From positions 1-64,000 of IMG/VR virus record IMGVR_UViG_3300028581_003594: DNA of 64,000 nucleotides, one strand, 5' to 3'. This document shows positions 36,128 to 45,402 of this stretch, piece by piece. The notes beneath the pieces are model-generated. The model made no database searches, was not told the DNA's origin, and was given only the letters and a program-made list of their open reading frames with translations. The position numbers and the translations under genes are program-made. The stretch's first letter is position 1; each line of letters begins with the position of its first letter. This DNA is from a virus.

Positions 36128-37466
36128 GGTACCACTCTCCTATCCTTGCAAATGTTTTGGCAAAATCCTTGCCTCTTCTCTCATCGTATTGTTTATAGAA
36201 ATTTTTAAAGTCCGACCGCAGTCTTGGTAAATCAAATGCCTCTGAATGTGGAGTTTTGACCACGTCCAGATAGTCTATCAGTCGCTGCACATGGTCCACT
36301 TCCATCTGTTCGCAGTGCGTTATATTTGCATCCAACCATCGGGATAGGTCATCACGGAATTCCAGCCTCAGGTGATCCGGCAACACCAGCGGAGATTGGA
36401 AGCTGGGGAATCTCAATATGTTGAGAGTGAAATTGACATTGACCCCATACACCCTCTTGGCATCCAATTTGTTCCTTATGATCACATCTAGGAATCGAGG
36501 CAATGATTCTAGGCAAAGGGCATTGACTGTACACATGTTGTGCAGTCCTGCAGGTCGTATTTGATCTATGACATTCACAAAGTTCACATACCAATTGGCA
36601 TAATCCATTCCATCTCTGCTGTAATCTGAATGGGCATACGTGGATTCATTGGAAGTATAGATATGCAAATTTTTTATTCGTTTACACTTGTCTACAAATT
36701 TTTCAAATAATTCTGCCTTGGGCACTAGGTTGGAGTTGATGGCCAATCGCATGTTGGGGTTGATACGTTCTCCCTGTGTTTCGAACCAATCCAACAATCT
36801 CCACAGGGAAGGTGACATCATGGGCTCTCCACCCGTGATCCTCAATTCATCTAGTGTCTTGTGTAGATCTGTTTCCCACCATCGAAAGAATGCTTCCACA
36901 TAGGGATTTTCTTCTGTGTCTTTGTACAATTGTGCACCATCATGAGCATGAGTGAAATGATTCCTGCCATCTGATATTAAATCCTTATAAGGACCATGCT
37001 GTTTTATGTCTCTCGCCCAGGTGGTGCTGAACGCAGGGTTACAATAGGAACAGGCAAAATTACATGTTCTATCAAAGGCAATCTCCAGGGTTTTTAGATT
37101 TACATCTTCTGTGATGGGAGTACTGAATGCTCTTTCTAGATCCGCGTCTGGATAGATTTTACTTTTGTAAACCCTGTCACTCACGGCATCTCTGCCCATG
37201 TCCTCAATCTTCCAGCAGTATTCGCAACCAGCGGGGCGTTCGCCCGCTATCATCTTGGCGCGGTCCTGTTTCTTCTGCGGGGTGTTGTGCAACAATCTGG
37301 GATTATCTCTTAATTTTGCCACATCCACTTGGTGAGCGGGCGGATGATGGCAGCTGGTGGTCATTCCAGAGCCCAGCCATATGGTGGCGTTGTACCACTT
37401 GGCTCCACAGAAGCTGGGAGATAGCGAATCTAATATTTGTTTACGATATTCAAGATCTTTATTCAT
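36117..37466 (-). CDS. Radical SAM protein with N-terminal Twitch/SPASM-like domain
   Basis: CGAKW..SCHHP..CEYCW, then CNFACSYC and GGEP. Confidence 0.9.
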   Translation of the reverse strand: MNKDLEYRKQILDSLSPSFCGAKWYNATIWLGSGMTTSCHHPPAHQVDVAKLRDNPRLLHNTPQKKQDRAKMIAGERPAGCEYCWKIEDMGRDAVSDRVYKSKIYPDADLERAFSTPITEDVNLKTLEIAFDRTCNFACSYCNPAFSTTWARDIKQHGPYKDLISDGRNHFTHAHDGAQLYKDTEENPYVEAFFRWWETDLHKTLDELRITGGEPMMSPSLWRLLDWFETQGERINPNMRLAINSNLVPKAELFEKFVDKCKRIKNLHIYTSNESTYAHSDYSRDGMDYANWYVNFVNVIDQIRPAGLHNMCTVNALCLESLPRFLDVIIRNKLDAKRVYGVNVNFTLNILRFPSFQSPLVLPDHLRLEFRDDLSRWLDANITHCEQMEVDHVQRLIDYLDVVKTPHSEAFDLPRLRSDFKNFYKQYDERRGKDFAKTFARIGEWYRGL

Positions 37467-38100
37467 TGTTTTTTATTGCTGCGTAGACTTTGTCAGCCCA
37501 AAGTTTATTTTGTTCGGCGCTCATGTGATTGATTATACCTTTGCCCCACGGCATTGTTGCCCCTCTGCCAGGCAAGAAATTTAATTCATGGTTCAATGAT
37601 AGAGCATACATGCTCTCATCAATGAATATTCCGCTGCTCAATTTGATTCCAGCGTCTTTTTTTGCCTGTTCAAATGGACGGAAGCTCCAGGTTTGTACAA
37701 TTGTTTTATTTTTTATTTTAGATAATACGTCGTGGTCAAACCATTTCAGGGCATATTCGTAGGCCAACTCATCTCTGTCGTAGCTGTGCAGGTGTATGAA
37801 GTACTGTTCCAGGGCATCGTATATCTTAGGATTCACTCCGGGAACGGGCTGGGTATTGGCCGACAGTATCAGATCTGGATGATACAACCTATAAGGCTCT
37901 GTATAGCACAGCACGCAGGTGTCAGGCAGCTTATTTTCCTGGTTCAATTTATTGAATTTAAAAAAGGTAGTCCATATGCTGCGGCCGGGCTCGCCCATGT
38001 GTACTATCTTGGCTCCCAATCTATCTGCCAACAATGTGCACCAGCTTTCTTTTTCCTTGCCTGCGCAGAAACTGTCTCCAAAAAATCCTATTGTCCTCAT
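37459..38100 (-). CDS. SGNH/GDSL-like protein
   Basis: GFFGDSF, GEPGRS and C-terminal NHMSAEQN; ATGA-coupled start at 38100. Confidence 0.7.
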   Translation of the reverse strand: MRTIGFFGDSFCAGKEKESWCTLLADRLGAKIVHMGEPGRSIWTTFFKFNKLNQENKLPDTCVLCYTEPYRLYHPDLILSANTQPVPGVNPKIYDALEQYFIHLHSYDRDELAYEYALKWFDHDVLSKIKNKTIVQTWSFRPFEQAKKDAGIKLSSGIFIDESMYALSLNHELNFLPGRGATMPWGKGIINHMSAEQNKLWADKVYAAIKNNE

Positions 38101-39491
38101 AAGCTCTTGCACTCCTGCCAAAATTCCTGCATCTCAGGAAATGTTTGCTCAAAACTTGTGCCACGTCTGCGATCGTGTTCTGCAAAAAATGCGTAAAAAT
38201 TCTTTTTCTGCGCACTGTCTTTTTCCTGGTGCTTGCGCCAGTAAGCAAGATTGCGCTGCATCTTCTGTATCTCAAAGTCTTTGAACAACGAGAAATCCAA
38301 TCCAGTTCCAGTCACTTGTTTGGGACCAATCTGCTCATGGTGATCCATCATGTATTTGATGTTGTCCTCATGTATGCGCTGATATGATTCGGGCAGCAGG
38401 GTTATCTGTTGCCATGCGGGCTGGCGCAGCAGGGGAATATCGAACCACACTCGCTGATAGGTTTTTGAATGCTCCGATCTCAACAGGCGTATGTGTTTGA
38501 GTAATCTGTTCAGTGAGGTCACACTTAAATTATTGTAGGTGATGATAAAAGTGATGGAATTGCGCACGGGTATCCTGTGCAGGAACTCATTGACATTGTC
38601 CATGAATTGATTGTAGTTCAGTCCGTTCCTGATGTACTCTGCCTGTGCGCCATGGGCATCCACAGACACGAACTGCATGAAATGCTCCACTTTCTCATCC
38701 AGGCATATCCTTTTGACCTGATCAAAATACTTGTTTTTCAATTTGATGTCCGGAGGACACATGTTTGATGTAACATTTAGGTGCAGGTCTTTCTTGGGAT
38801 GATCTATGATGTAGTCAAACACTCGATAGGTGTTGACATCCATCATGGGCTCGCCACCGGTCATGCGGAAGTGTTTTAAATTCTTATACAATTCCGGCCA
38901 CCAGCGCCAGAATGCTTCCACGTAGGGATTGTTTTCTCTGTTGGGTATGGGCATCCTCCTGCCCGTGAAATGCTCGGGTGCGTTGTGCTCTGGCGCAGTG
39001 GGATACGCTCCATATATGTCTATCTCCTTGCCCCATGCAGTGGAAAATTGTGGTGAGCAATAGCTGCATTTGAAATTACAGGCATTGTTGAAGTTTACTT
39101 CCACATAGCGAGGCACATGTGTCCTGTCCAACGGATTGTCTCTGATCTTCTCAAAGTCCATCATGGCCCATGGCTCGCCGGAACGATAGTGGCGATCACT
39201 CATCTCGCCCGTGTCCTCCATCTTCCAGCAATAGGAACAGCCCGCGGGTCTTTCGCCTGCCAGCATCTGTTGCCTCTGCTTGATCTTTTCTTCTGTGTTG
39301 TGCAGTGCTGCTGGATTGTCTGCCAGGCCTGCAGCATCTATTTCGTGCAATGGTGGATGATAGCAAGAGTTCGTCAGTCCTGTGGGCAGATGCAGAGACA
39401 CCTGGTTCCATTTGGCCAGGCACATGGTGGGGCTTATTTGTTCTAATTCTCTCTTTGCCTCATCCGCTGATGTTTTATAAACGCTACTCAC
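38097..39491 (-). CDS. Radical SAM protein with N-terminal Twitch/SPASM-like domain
   Basis: CLAKW..SCYHP..CSYCW, then CNFKCSYC and GGEP; likely GTG start at 39491. Confidence 0.9.
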   Translation of the reverse strand: MSSVYKTSADEAKRELEQISPTMCLAKWNQVSLHLPTGLTNSCYHPPLHEIDAAGLADNPAALHNTEEKIKQRQQMLAGERPAGCSYCWKMEDTGEMSDRHYRSGEPWAMMDFEKIRDNPLDRTHVPRYVEVNFNNACNFKCSYCSPQFSTAWGKEIDIYGAYPTAPEHNAPEHFTGRRMPIPNRENNPYVEAFWRWWPELYKNLKHFRMTGGEPMMDVNTYRVFDYIIDHPKKDLHLNVTSNMCPPDIKLKNKYFDQVKRICLDEKVEHFMQFVSVDAHGAQAEYIRNGLNYNQFMDNVNEFLHRIPVRNSITFIITYNNLSVTSLNRLLKHIRLLRSEHSKTYQRVWFDIPLLRQPAWQQITLLPESYQRIHEDNIKYMMDHHEQIGPKQVTGTGLDFSLFKDFEIQKMQRNLAYWRKHQEKDSAQKKNFYAFFAEHDRRRGTSFEQTFPEMQEFWQECKSL

Positions 39492-40374
39492 GATCCTGCA
39501 CTCCTTTGTTCCTGTAAGGTTGTTGACAAAACTTATAAAATTGGCTCTGTGCTGCATCAAAATCTGCCACGGGCAATGCCAATCTCTGTCGCAGACTGTT
39601 GCCATGGGCCGACATATCAGATTCTATATCATACATCATGTGAGAAAATTTGTCGCTCATGAATTCTAAATCTCTGACCAGTGTGACATCGTAGTTTGTA
39701 TCCAGCGTGGCCATATAACAGCCACATCGGGCACCCAGCATGGCCCATCGACCATTCTCCACGTCAGCACCCACGCTCATCCATGTGACTAGATTTCTAA
39801 GATTGGGCTGGGGGATCGTCTGCATGAAAAGGCTAGGATCTACCTTCTGTCCATTATCGAGACTCATTTTAACACCTTCTCTCCATCCTGCTATGAAAGC
39901 CTGTTCAGGAGTATGATTGATATGTGTCGTGGAGTATACATTGTGCAGATTCTCATGTGGCACCGTCCAACAGAAATCTATCTTGGCTCGTTCTTCCACA
40001 GCATTTTCATGAGTTTTCATTTCCAAGCAAATCTTGCGAGGCCATCCCACAATACCACCATTGCCATATATCAATCCATTAATAATGTTTCTTGCTCTCC
40101 AACGATGCACAGCAAGAGGATTGGTCTTGCTCCAATCCAGCGTCTGTAATAGGAAAGCGGGATCTATTCTATTGTCCCCATCGATGCTGATAAAGAAATC
40201 TGTTTCTGCTCGTTCGGCGGCGGCCTTGTGTGCGTTGTCAAACCCCTTGACTCCATGCACTCGTTTGGCCCAGGGCACTATGTTCAATAGGTCAGCGTAG
40301 TTCTCATCAGCGTTGGGCTCTCGATAGCTAATAAAAACAAAATCTAGATCGGTTACTCGGACGGTGTTTGCCAT
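39484..40374 (-). CDS. GT-A fold glycosyltransferase-like protein
   Basis: FVFISYREP, VHGVKGFDNAHKAAA, DxD motif IDGDN, YGNGG and AFIAGWREG. Confidence 0.7.
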   Translation of the reverse strand: MANTVRVTDLDFVFISYREPNADENYADLLNIVPWAKRVHGVKGFDNAHKAAAERAETDFFISIDGDNRIDPAFLLQTLDWSKTNPLAVHRWRARNIINGLIYGNGGIVGWPRKICLEMKTHENAVEERAKIDFCWTVPHENLHNVYSTTHINHTPEQAFIAGWREGVKMSLDNGQKVDPSLFMQTIPQPNLRNLVTWMSVGADVENGRWAMLGARCGCYMATLDTNYDVTLVRDLEFMSDKFSHMMYDIESDMSAHGNSLRQRLALPVADFDAAQSQFYKFCQQPYRNKGVQDRE

Positions 40375-40694
40375 GCGTGTCCTCCTTCTCCCGTTCCAGT
40401 GGGCCAATATGGATCTCCATTAGAAAAATGCAAGCCATCAGACGATGCCAACAGCACACTGTATTTCCGCTTTATCTCCGCGGGGGGCTTACGGATGATC
40501 TTGCCCTGCTCGTAGTAAAAATTTTGATGTCCTTGGCCCAGCAGCATGAGGTATGTTTGCTTGTCTACGCTTGTTGTGTCCGTGCCCTGTTGGTTGGCCA
40601 GGCACAGTATCTCATTGCCTTTGGTCCTGATGTAGTATTTTGGATCAAATTTCTTGGGCTTGAAATTCTTCAGCGAATCAAAAAGTTCTTGCAT
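40353..40694 (-). CDS. Hypothetical protein
   Basis: 113 aa; overlaps both neighbours. Confidence 0.65.
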   Translation of the reverse strand: MQELFDSLKNFKPKKFDPKYYIRTKGNEILCLANQQGTDTTSVDKQTYLMLLGQGHQNFYYEQGKIIRKPPAEIKRKYSVLLASSDGLHFSNGDPYWPTGTGEGGHAWQTPSE

Positions 40695-41481
40695 CTAACA
40701 CCTCCGGTATGTTCTTGTCATGGTAGTGCCACACGCTGGACATCCTTCTTCCCCCCAGGTACAACCTGTCCCGCAGCCTGACGGGATAGAGATAGTTGTT
40801 GCAGTCCTCGGTGGGCGAGCCGTTGATGGCTGACTTGCCATGCACGAACTTGAACCATTTGTAATCTATTAAATTTTGCTGCGTGGGTTCCATGATCCTG
40901 TGGGCCAGGGCATACACCACGTCCGTGGTCGGGAACTTGTCATGGCAGTTCACGAGCATTTTTTCTTTGACCTGCTGCCAGTTGCTCGCTATGGCATCGC
41001 ACAGCATGAAAAATTTCTGTGCCATTTTGCTTTTCCTGAAATATGTCAGCCCGTTGTATATGTTTGGCAGGTGATTCCTTGTAAAAAGTTTCCTGTATGT
41101 GCCGTCCACGATCTCCTGGTCACGATAATTCAGGCAATTGACGGAAAACACCATGTCACGCTGGCACAGGTGCTCCCACCACCAGTCGGTGTTGGCTGTC
41201 CACAGCATGTCAGACTCCAGCTTGATAGTGTGTACATAGGGTGACAGCGAGAACACCTGATGTTCATTGGCAAATTTTTGTTCGTGCTCCTGGCTGTGAT
41301 CTCTCCGCAGCAGCCGGACCACGTCCACGTGCTCGCTGCTGAACATGGAATGCTCGTCCACCAGCACGCATATGCTGTTGTGCCTGTTGTGTCGCTTGAT
41401 GGACCTGGCAAGTTCAATGCTGCACCTCACGTAATCAGTGGTGCTGTTGTTCTGGCAAACCCAAATGAATCCCCTAGACAT
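40678..41481 (-). CDS. GT8-like nucleotide-diphospho-sugar transferase
   Basis: DYVRCSIELARSIK, LSPYVHTIKLESDML, YNGLTYFRK and TDVVYALA. Confidence 0.7.
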   Translation of the reverse strand: MSRGFIWVCQNNSTTDYVRCSIELARSIKRHNRHNSICVLVDEHSMFSSEHVDVVRLLRRDHSQEHEQKFANEHQVFSLSPYVHTIKLESDMLWTANTDWWWEHLCQRDMVFSVNCLNYRDQEIVDGTYRKLFTRNHLPNIYNGLTYFRKSKMAQKFFMLCDAIASNWQQVKEKMLVNCHDKFPTTDVVYALAHRIMEPTQQNLIDYKWFKFVHGKSAINGSPTEDCNNYLYPVRLRDRLYLGGRRMSSVWHYHDKNIPEVLDARTF

Positions 41482-42229
41482 TGACAAATCCTTTGTTGAG
41501 CACATGCACGTCCTGTCCCTGTATGCTGTTGATGCTGTTGAGATGCCGGTAGCACAGGCCATCACCGTCATGGCTGATCACATCGCAGTCCTGTGGCAAC
41601 GTGGCGATGGAATCCGGGATCACGTCATATGCGCCGAAGCCGTTGATCTGATTCAGTGCCATGGCGAATGCATAATCGTTCCTGAAATTTTTGTAGTCTA
41701 TCCTGTAGAGGTTGCAGTAGTGGTTGTAATTTTGCTTGATCATCTTGACCAGGTCAAATATCCTGCGCACACGATCAGTCTTCCTGAAGATCAACACCGT
41801 GGCCCAGACCAGGGGCAGCATGGACTTGCGCTCATAGGTCAGTGCCTGCCTGTAGGACACATCATGTGCGCGGTCATGTATGAGGAAGTCATGCGCTGTG
41901 CCACTGAGCCGCAGCAATTTGTCGGAGAAGCAAAGATAGTCCACGTCCAGCACAATGGTGGTGGCGTACGGCGAGTGGTCAAATGCCTGGCAGCGCTCGA
42001 GGTTGTGCCATGGCAGCCCCAGCTTGGTGTTGTTGCACTCGTTGTCCACAGTGATGAAGTCAATTTCTGGCCTGTCGACCCAGCGCTGCAATGTGTGTGC
42101 GTTGGTGACCATGGTGATGGGCAGTTCCAGGTGCTGCTTGACCAATGCCACGCTGGCGTTGGCCACCCTGTGGTAGGGCACCTGTTCCGTGTCAAAGCAA
42201 TACATCAGCACGCCCCGTGTCATGTTCAC
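41474..42229 (-). CDS. GT8-like nucleotide-diphospho-sugar transferase
   Basis: HSPYATTIVLDVDYL (DxD), WATVLIFRK, RNDYAFAMA and HVLNK. Confidence 0.72.
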   Translation of the reverse strand: MNMTRGVLMYCFDTEQVPYHRVANASVALVKQHLELPITMVTNAHTLQRWVDRPEIDFITVDNECNNTKLGLPWHNLERCQAFDHSPYATTIVLDVDYLCFSDKLLRLSGTAHDFLIHDRAHDVSYRQALTYERKSMLPLVWATVLIFRKTDRVRRIFDLVKMIKQNYNHYCNLYRIDYKNFRNDYAFAMALNQINGFGAYDVIPDSIATLPQDCDVISHDGDGLCYRHLNSINSIQGQDVHVLNKGFVNV

Positions 42230-42543
42230 TCCTTCAGTGTTCGCAGCGATTGATAGGCCTGGTGATAGGTGTTGAGGGCCGCCTGCTGGCGCTCCACCAG
42301 CGCGGCTATGAATTGCTTGGGATCCTTGATCTCCACGGGATTGGAATTGGCGTCCAGCATGAAGAAGCTGTCGCGATGCTCCATCAGCATGGTGGCCGTG
42401 GCTATGGTGAGAGGGTCCGCGCGGAATATGTGGTCATTGTACACCGTGACCATCTCGCTGTCAGCCCTGGACAGTAGATTCTTCTTGGCCACTGCCCTGT
42501 CAAAGCTGAGATCGCTGTGTCGCTTGAGTTCATTGATATCCAT
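42226..42543 (-). CDS. Hypothetical protein, first gene of the glycan operon
   Basis: 105 aa, directly downstream of a sigma70-like promoter. Confidence 0.7.
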   Translation of the reverse strand: MDINELKRHSDLSFDRAVAKKNLLSRADSEMVTVYNDHIFRADPLTIATATMLMEHRDSFFMLDANSNPVEIKDPKQFIAALVERQQAALNTYHQAYQSLRTLKE

Positions 42544-42549
42544 ATGACA

Positions 42550-42578
42550 ATTATAGCTTAATTATCGTGGTAGATCAA
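42550..42578 (-). promoter_or_regulatory. Sigma70-like promoter driving the leftward glycan/radical SAM operon
   Basis: Minus strand TTGATC-17 nt-TATAAT, 6 nt before ATG 42543. Confidence 0.7.
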
Positions 42579-42594
42579 CCTGGTAAAATATATG

Positions 42595-43572
42595 TTATGT
42601 GGTTGTGTTGCTTACTTGTGCTGTGCTGGCCTCGTTGTACACAGTGGCAAGTCCCTCTGTGGTGTTGGGCCTCAACATGTACAGCGTGGTCACCATCTGC
42701 GGCGTGTCCTTGATGGCCGATGCCACCGATGCTGTGTTGCCCGCGGTGTATTGCGTGTCCGCTGAGCCGTCCGTGGCCACCATCTTGATGGTCATCGTGA
42801 CCGCTGTGCCGGGTGATGCGTTCAGCTTGGCCGAGATCTCCACCGTGTTGCTGGTGTAGGTGCTGTTGTCCGAGGTCAGCTTGATGATGGTCTGGTAGCT
42901 GGTGGTCATGTCGTAGAATCCCACGGCCAGGCCGTTCGTGGTCAGTGTCTCCGTGGAGCCGGAACGTGTGCTTGACTGTGATCCTATGTCCAGGTTGCCG
43001 ATGCCGGTGCCCAGGTCCACGTAGGAGTTGTCCTTGGCGCTGAGCGAAGAGGCAGTGGCGGAAACCACTATCCTGACCTTGCCGCCCTGGTTGAAATAAA
43101 ATCTCATGTCGTTGGCTGATGCCCAGGTTATGCTGATCTCATGCGTGGCAGTGGAGTCCCAGCCCTCTGCGGCTGTGGTGACCGATCTCACCGATGCCGA
43201 AGTGGTTATGGCGGTGGCCAACGTGGATCCGCCCTGCACGGCCGTGGCCAGTGCGTTGAGGTCCGTCAGCAGCGCGGCCTTGACAGCTATGACGTCGCCC
43301 ACTTCTCTGGAAACGGTGGATGTCAGTGCCGTGATGTTGGTGTGATTCTGTATGTTGTTCATGGCGGTCCACAATGAGTTCCATTGCGCCACCGTGATCT
43401 TCTCAGCGGTGTTGACCGTGTGCAGGGCCGTCTGCCCCAGGCCCAGGTTCAAAAGGCCAGTGCCCATGATGTGATTGATGCCGTAGGCAGCTATGTCACC
43501 TGAGTTGGAGGTGTTCGTTAGAAATGCGTTGTATTCTGCTGGTAGTATCTTGTCCGACGCTGCGTAACCCAT
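42595..43572 (-). CDS. Virion structural protein (tail/baseplate-associated)
   Basis: Thr/Ser/Ala-rich beta protein with MRFYFNQGGKVRI, in the tail gene run. Confidence 0.65.
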   Translation of the reverse strand: MGYAASDKILPAEYNAFLTNTSNSGDIAAYGINHIMGTGLLNLGLGQTALHTVNTAEKITVAQWNSLWTAMNNIQNHTNITALTSTVSREVGDVIAVKAALLTDLNALATAVQGGSTLATAITTSASVRSVTTAAEGWDSTATHEISITWASANDMRFYFNQGGKVRIVVSATASSLSAKDNSYVDLGTGIGNLDIGSQSSTRSGSTETLTTNGLAVGFYDMTTSYQTIIKLTSDNSTYTSNTVEISAKLNASPGTAVTMTIKMVATDGSADTQYTAGNTASVASAIKDTPQMVTTLYMLRPNTTEGLATVYNEASTAQVSNTTT

Positions 43573-43573
43573 G

Positions 43574-45199
43574 CTATTTTGCTCCTATCGCACACTCTGT
43601 TAATTCTGTGTCTATATTATATTTATCTTGGATCAGTCGGCCCAGCACGTTAAATGCGGTGCATTCTGCCAGATCCGCCACGCGAGCCACGCCCGCTGTG
43701 CTGCTGCTCACTATCCTGTCGCCCGCTTGGCCCACGCCCTGCACCTTGACCCTGGCACGTCCCTTGAGAGCAATCATGGGATGACTGTCATTATTACCAG
43801 CATCTTTGTTCATTAAGAAAGCTGGATTTTCAGAAACCACGCCAAACACCCTGTGATCCAATTGATTTTTGCATTTCGTGATCTCTTTTGATCCACCCAA
43901 TATCACCACGTCGCCCACTTGCAGCGGCATGTCTGTGGCATAACGCTCTGCCAAATCCGCATACTGCGCCGCCGTTGATGTCGCATGCACTATGTTGGCC
44001 CTGATGTCCACCAAGGTGGGAGCTGAAACGTCCATCTGCCCCTGTGCCTTGAATGCAGTCCATGCCCCGCCGGAGTTGCCGTATGTTGTCGTCAAGTCGT
44101 CCGCGAAGGTCTCGTCCCACACCCAGAAAAGATCCTGCTCCGTGGCGCTGGATGACTCTCCCCTGTTGACCTTGAGACCCGAATAGTTGGGCATGGCCGC
44201 CGCGGTGGACAGGTTCCTGTTGACTTCGATTATGTTGTCCTCCACGGACAGCGTGGAGGTGTTGATCACTGTCTGCGTGCCGGTCACCGTGAGGTTCTGG
44301 ACCACTAGGTCCTTTACCACTCCCTCGCCACCGTCTATGGTCATCACGGTCTTGTTGACTCCACCGTCATTGACCCTGAATATGATGTCACCATTGATGG
44401 TGTTGTTCTGCACTATGACGTTCTCTCCCGACTCAATGCTTATGGTGAGATCCGCTCCCGAGCCCAGGCTAATTCCGCCGTCGTTGAATATGGTCAGTGT
44501 GCCGGTCATGCTGTCGTTGGCATCCGCCCTGACGAAGTTGTCCGCGGGCACCACGGTGGTGAGGTCCGCCAGCAGCAGGTTGGTGGCCTGCGTGGCCACT
44601 CCCGTGAACCTGGCCTGGCTGACCGCGGTGGACAGCGTGATGCCCTTGAATATCGTGGCGAACCCCGTGATCGCAACCAGCGGATTGAATTCCTCTGGGG
44701 ACACTATGGCGGTTATCTGGTCATTGACTATGAATTTCAATATGCTCTTGAACACTCCCGCGCCGCTGAGCACTGTGTCCGGGATCACTGAGGTCTGTCC
44801 CGATCCCGCTACCGTGGTGGGTCCGATCAGCGTCCAGGCCGTGCCGTTGTAGACATGGAGCTGGAGGTTGTTGGTGTCGAACCACATGTCTCCGGTGTTG
44901 GCGTTGGTTGGCGTGGAGCTGCTGTTGGTTCCCGATCCCACTGGCTTGAATTTGTTGCCGTTCCAGACCTTGATCTGATTGGCCAGGGTGTCATACCATA
45001 GCTGGCCCCGTATCTTGTTGGCGGGTGCCGTGGTGTTGGCGAAGTTTTCCAGCACCTTGACGAAGTTCTCGTTCAGGCGCTCGCCGAATCCAGCATAGCT
45101 CTTGCCGAACAGCGCAAGGTCCGTGGTGGCGATGTCCACCGTGCCGTCCTTCAGCACTACCAACTTTGTTCCGTCCGTTTTGTTTATGATATAGGACAT
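43574..45199 (-). CDS. Tail fibre/baseplate-anchored protein with C-terminal intramolecular-chaperone-like domain
   Basis: Shared N-terminus SYIINKTDG..GKSYAGFGE..ENF; C-terminal YADLAERY..GDVV..VFGVVSENPAFLMN..IALKGR, resembling peptidase G2/IMC domains. Confidence 0.75.
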   Translation of the reverse strand: MSYIINKTDGTKLVVLKDGTVDIATTDLALFGKSYAGFGERLNENFVKVLENFANTTAPANKIRGQLWYDTLANQIKVWNGNKFKPVGSGTNSSSTPTNANTGDMWFDTNNLQLHVYNGTAWTLIGPTTVAGSGQTSVIPDTVLSGAGVFKSILKFIVNDQITAIVSPEEFNPLVAITGFATIFKGITLSTAVSQARFTGVATQATNLLLADLTTVVPADNFVRADANDSMTGTLTIFNDGGISLGSGADLTISIESGENVIVQNNTINGDIIFRVNDGGVNKTVMTIDGGEGVVKDLVVQNLTVTGTQTVINTSTLSVEDNIIEVNRNLSTAAAMPNYSGLKVNRGESSSATEQDLFWVWDETFADDLTTTYGNSGGAWTAFKAQGQMDVSAPTLVDIRANIVHATSTAAQYADLAERYATDMPLQVGDVVILGGSKEITKCKNQLDHRVFGVVSENPAFLMNKDAGNNDSHPMIALKGRARVKVQGVGQAGDRIVSSSTAGVARVADLAECTAFNVLGRLIQDKYNIDTELTECAIGAK

Positions 45200-45202
45200 T
45201 TT

Positions 45203-45382
45203 TTAATTGCTTTCGTTGTCCCTCACATGCACCAGGAAGCTCACGTCGCCCAGCAGCTTGATCAATATCGCTGCCAGCTCTGGCGTCAGGGCCTGATCTA
45301 TTTTTACGAGGTCATTAGCAGTCAAACTGGACTGATAATTTGCATTGATGTAGTCAGCTACTTGTTGTTTTGTTATGGCCAT
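45203..45382 (-). CDS. Small hypothetical protein (59 aa)
   Basis: SD AAGGAG before ATG 45382 (MAITKQQ...). Confidence 0.65.
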   Translation of the reverse strand: MAITKQQVADYINANYQSSLTANDLVKIDQALTPELAAILIKLLGDVSFLVHVRDNESN

Positions 45383-45402
45383 TTTTTGTTTCTCCTTATT
45401 AA

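Noticed and set aside
25067-42543. Bacterial O-antigen/capsule locus indicating host contamination or a prophage boundary
   Set aside because: There are no Wzx/Wzy/ABC export or initiating transferase genes, and the cluster is coupled to phage genes on both sides with the same promoter style.
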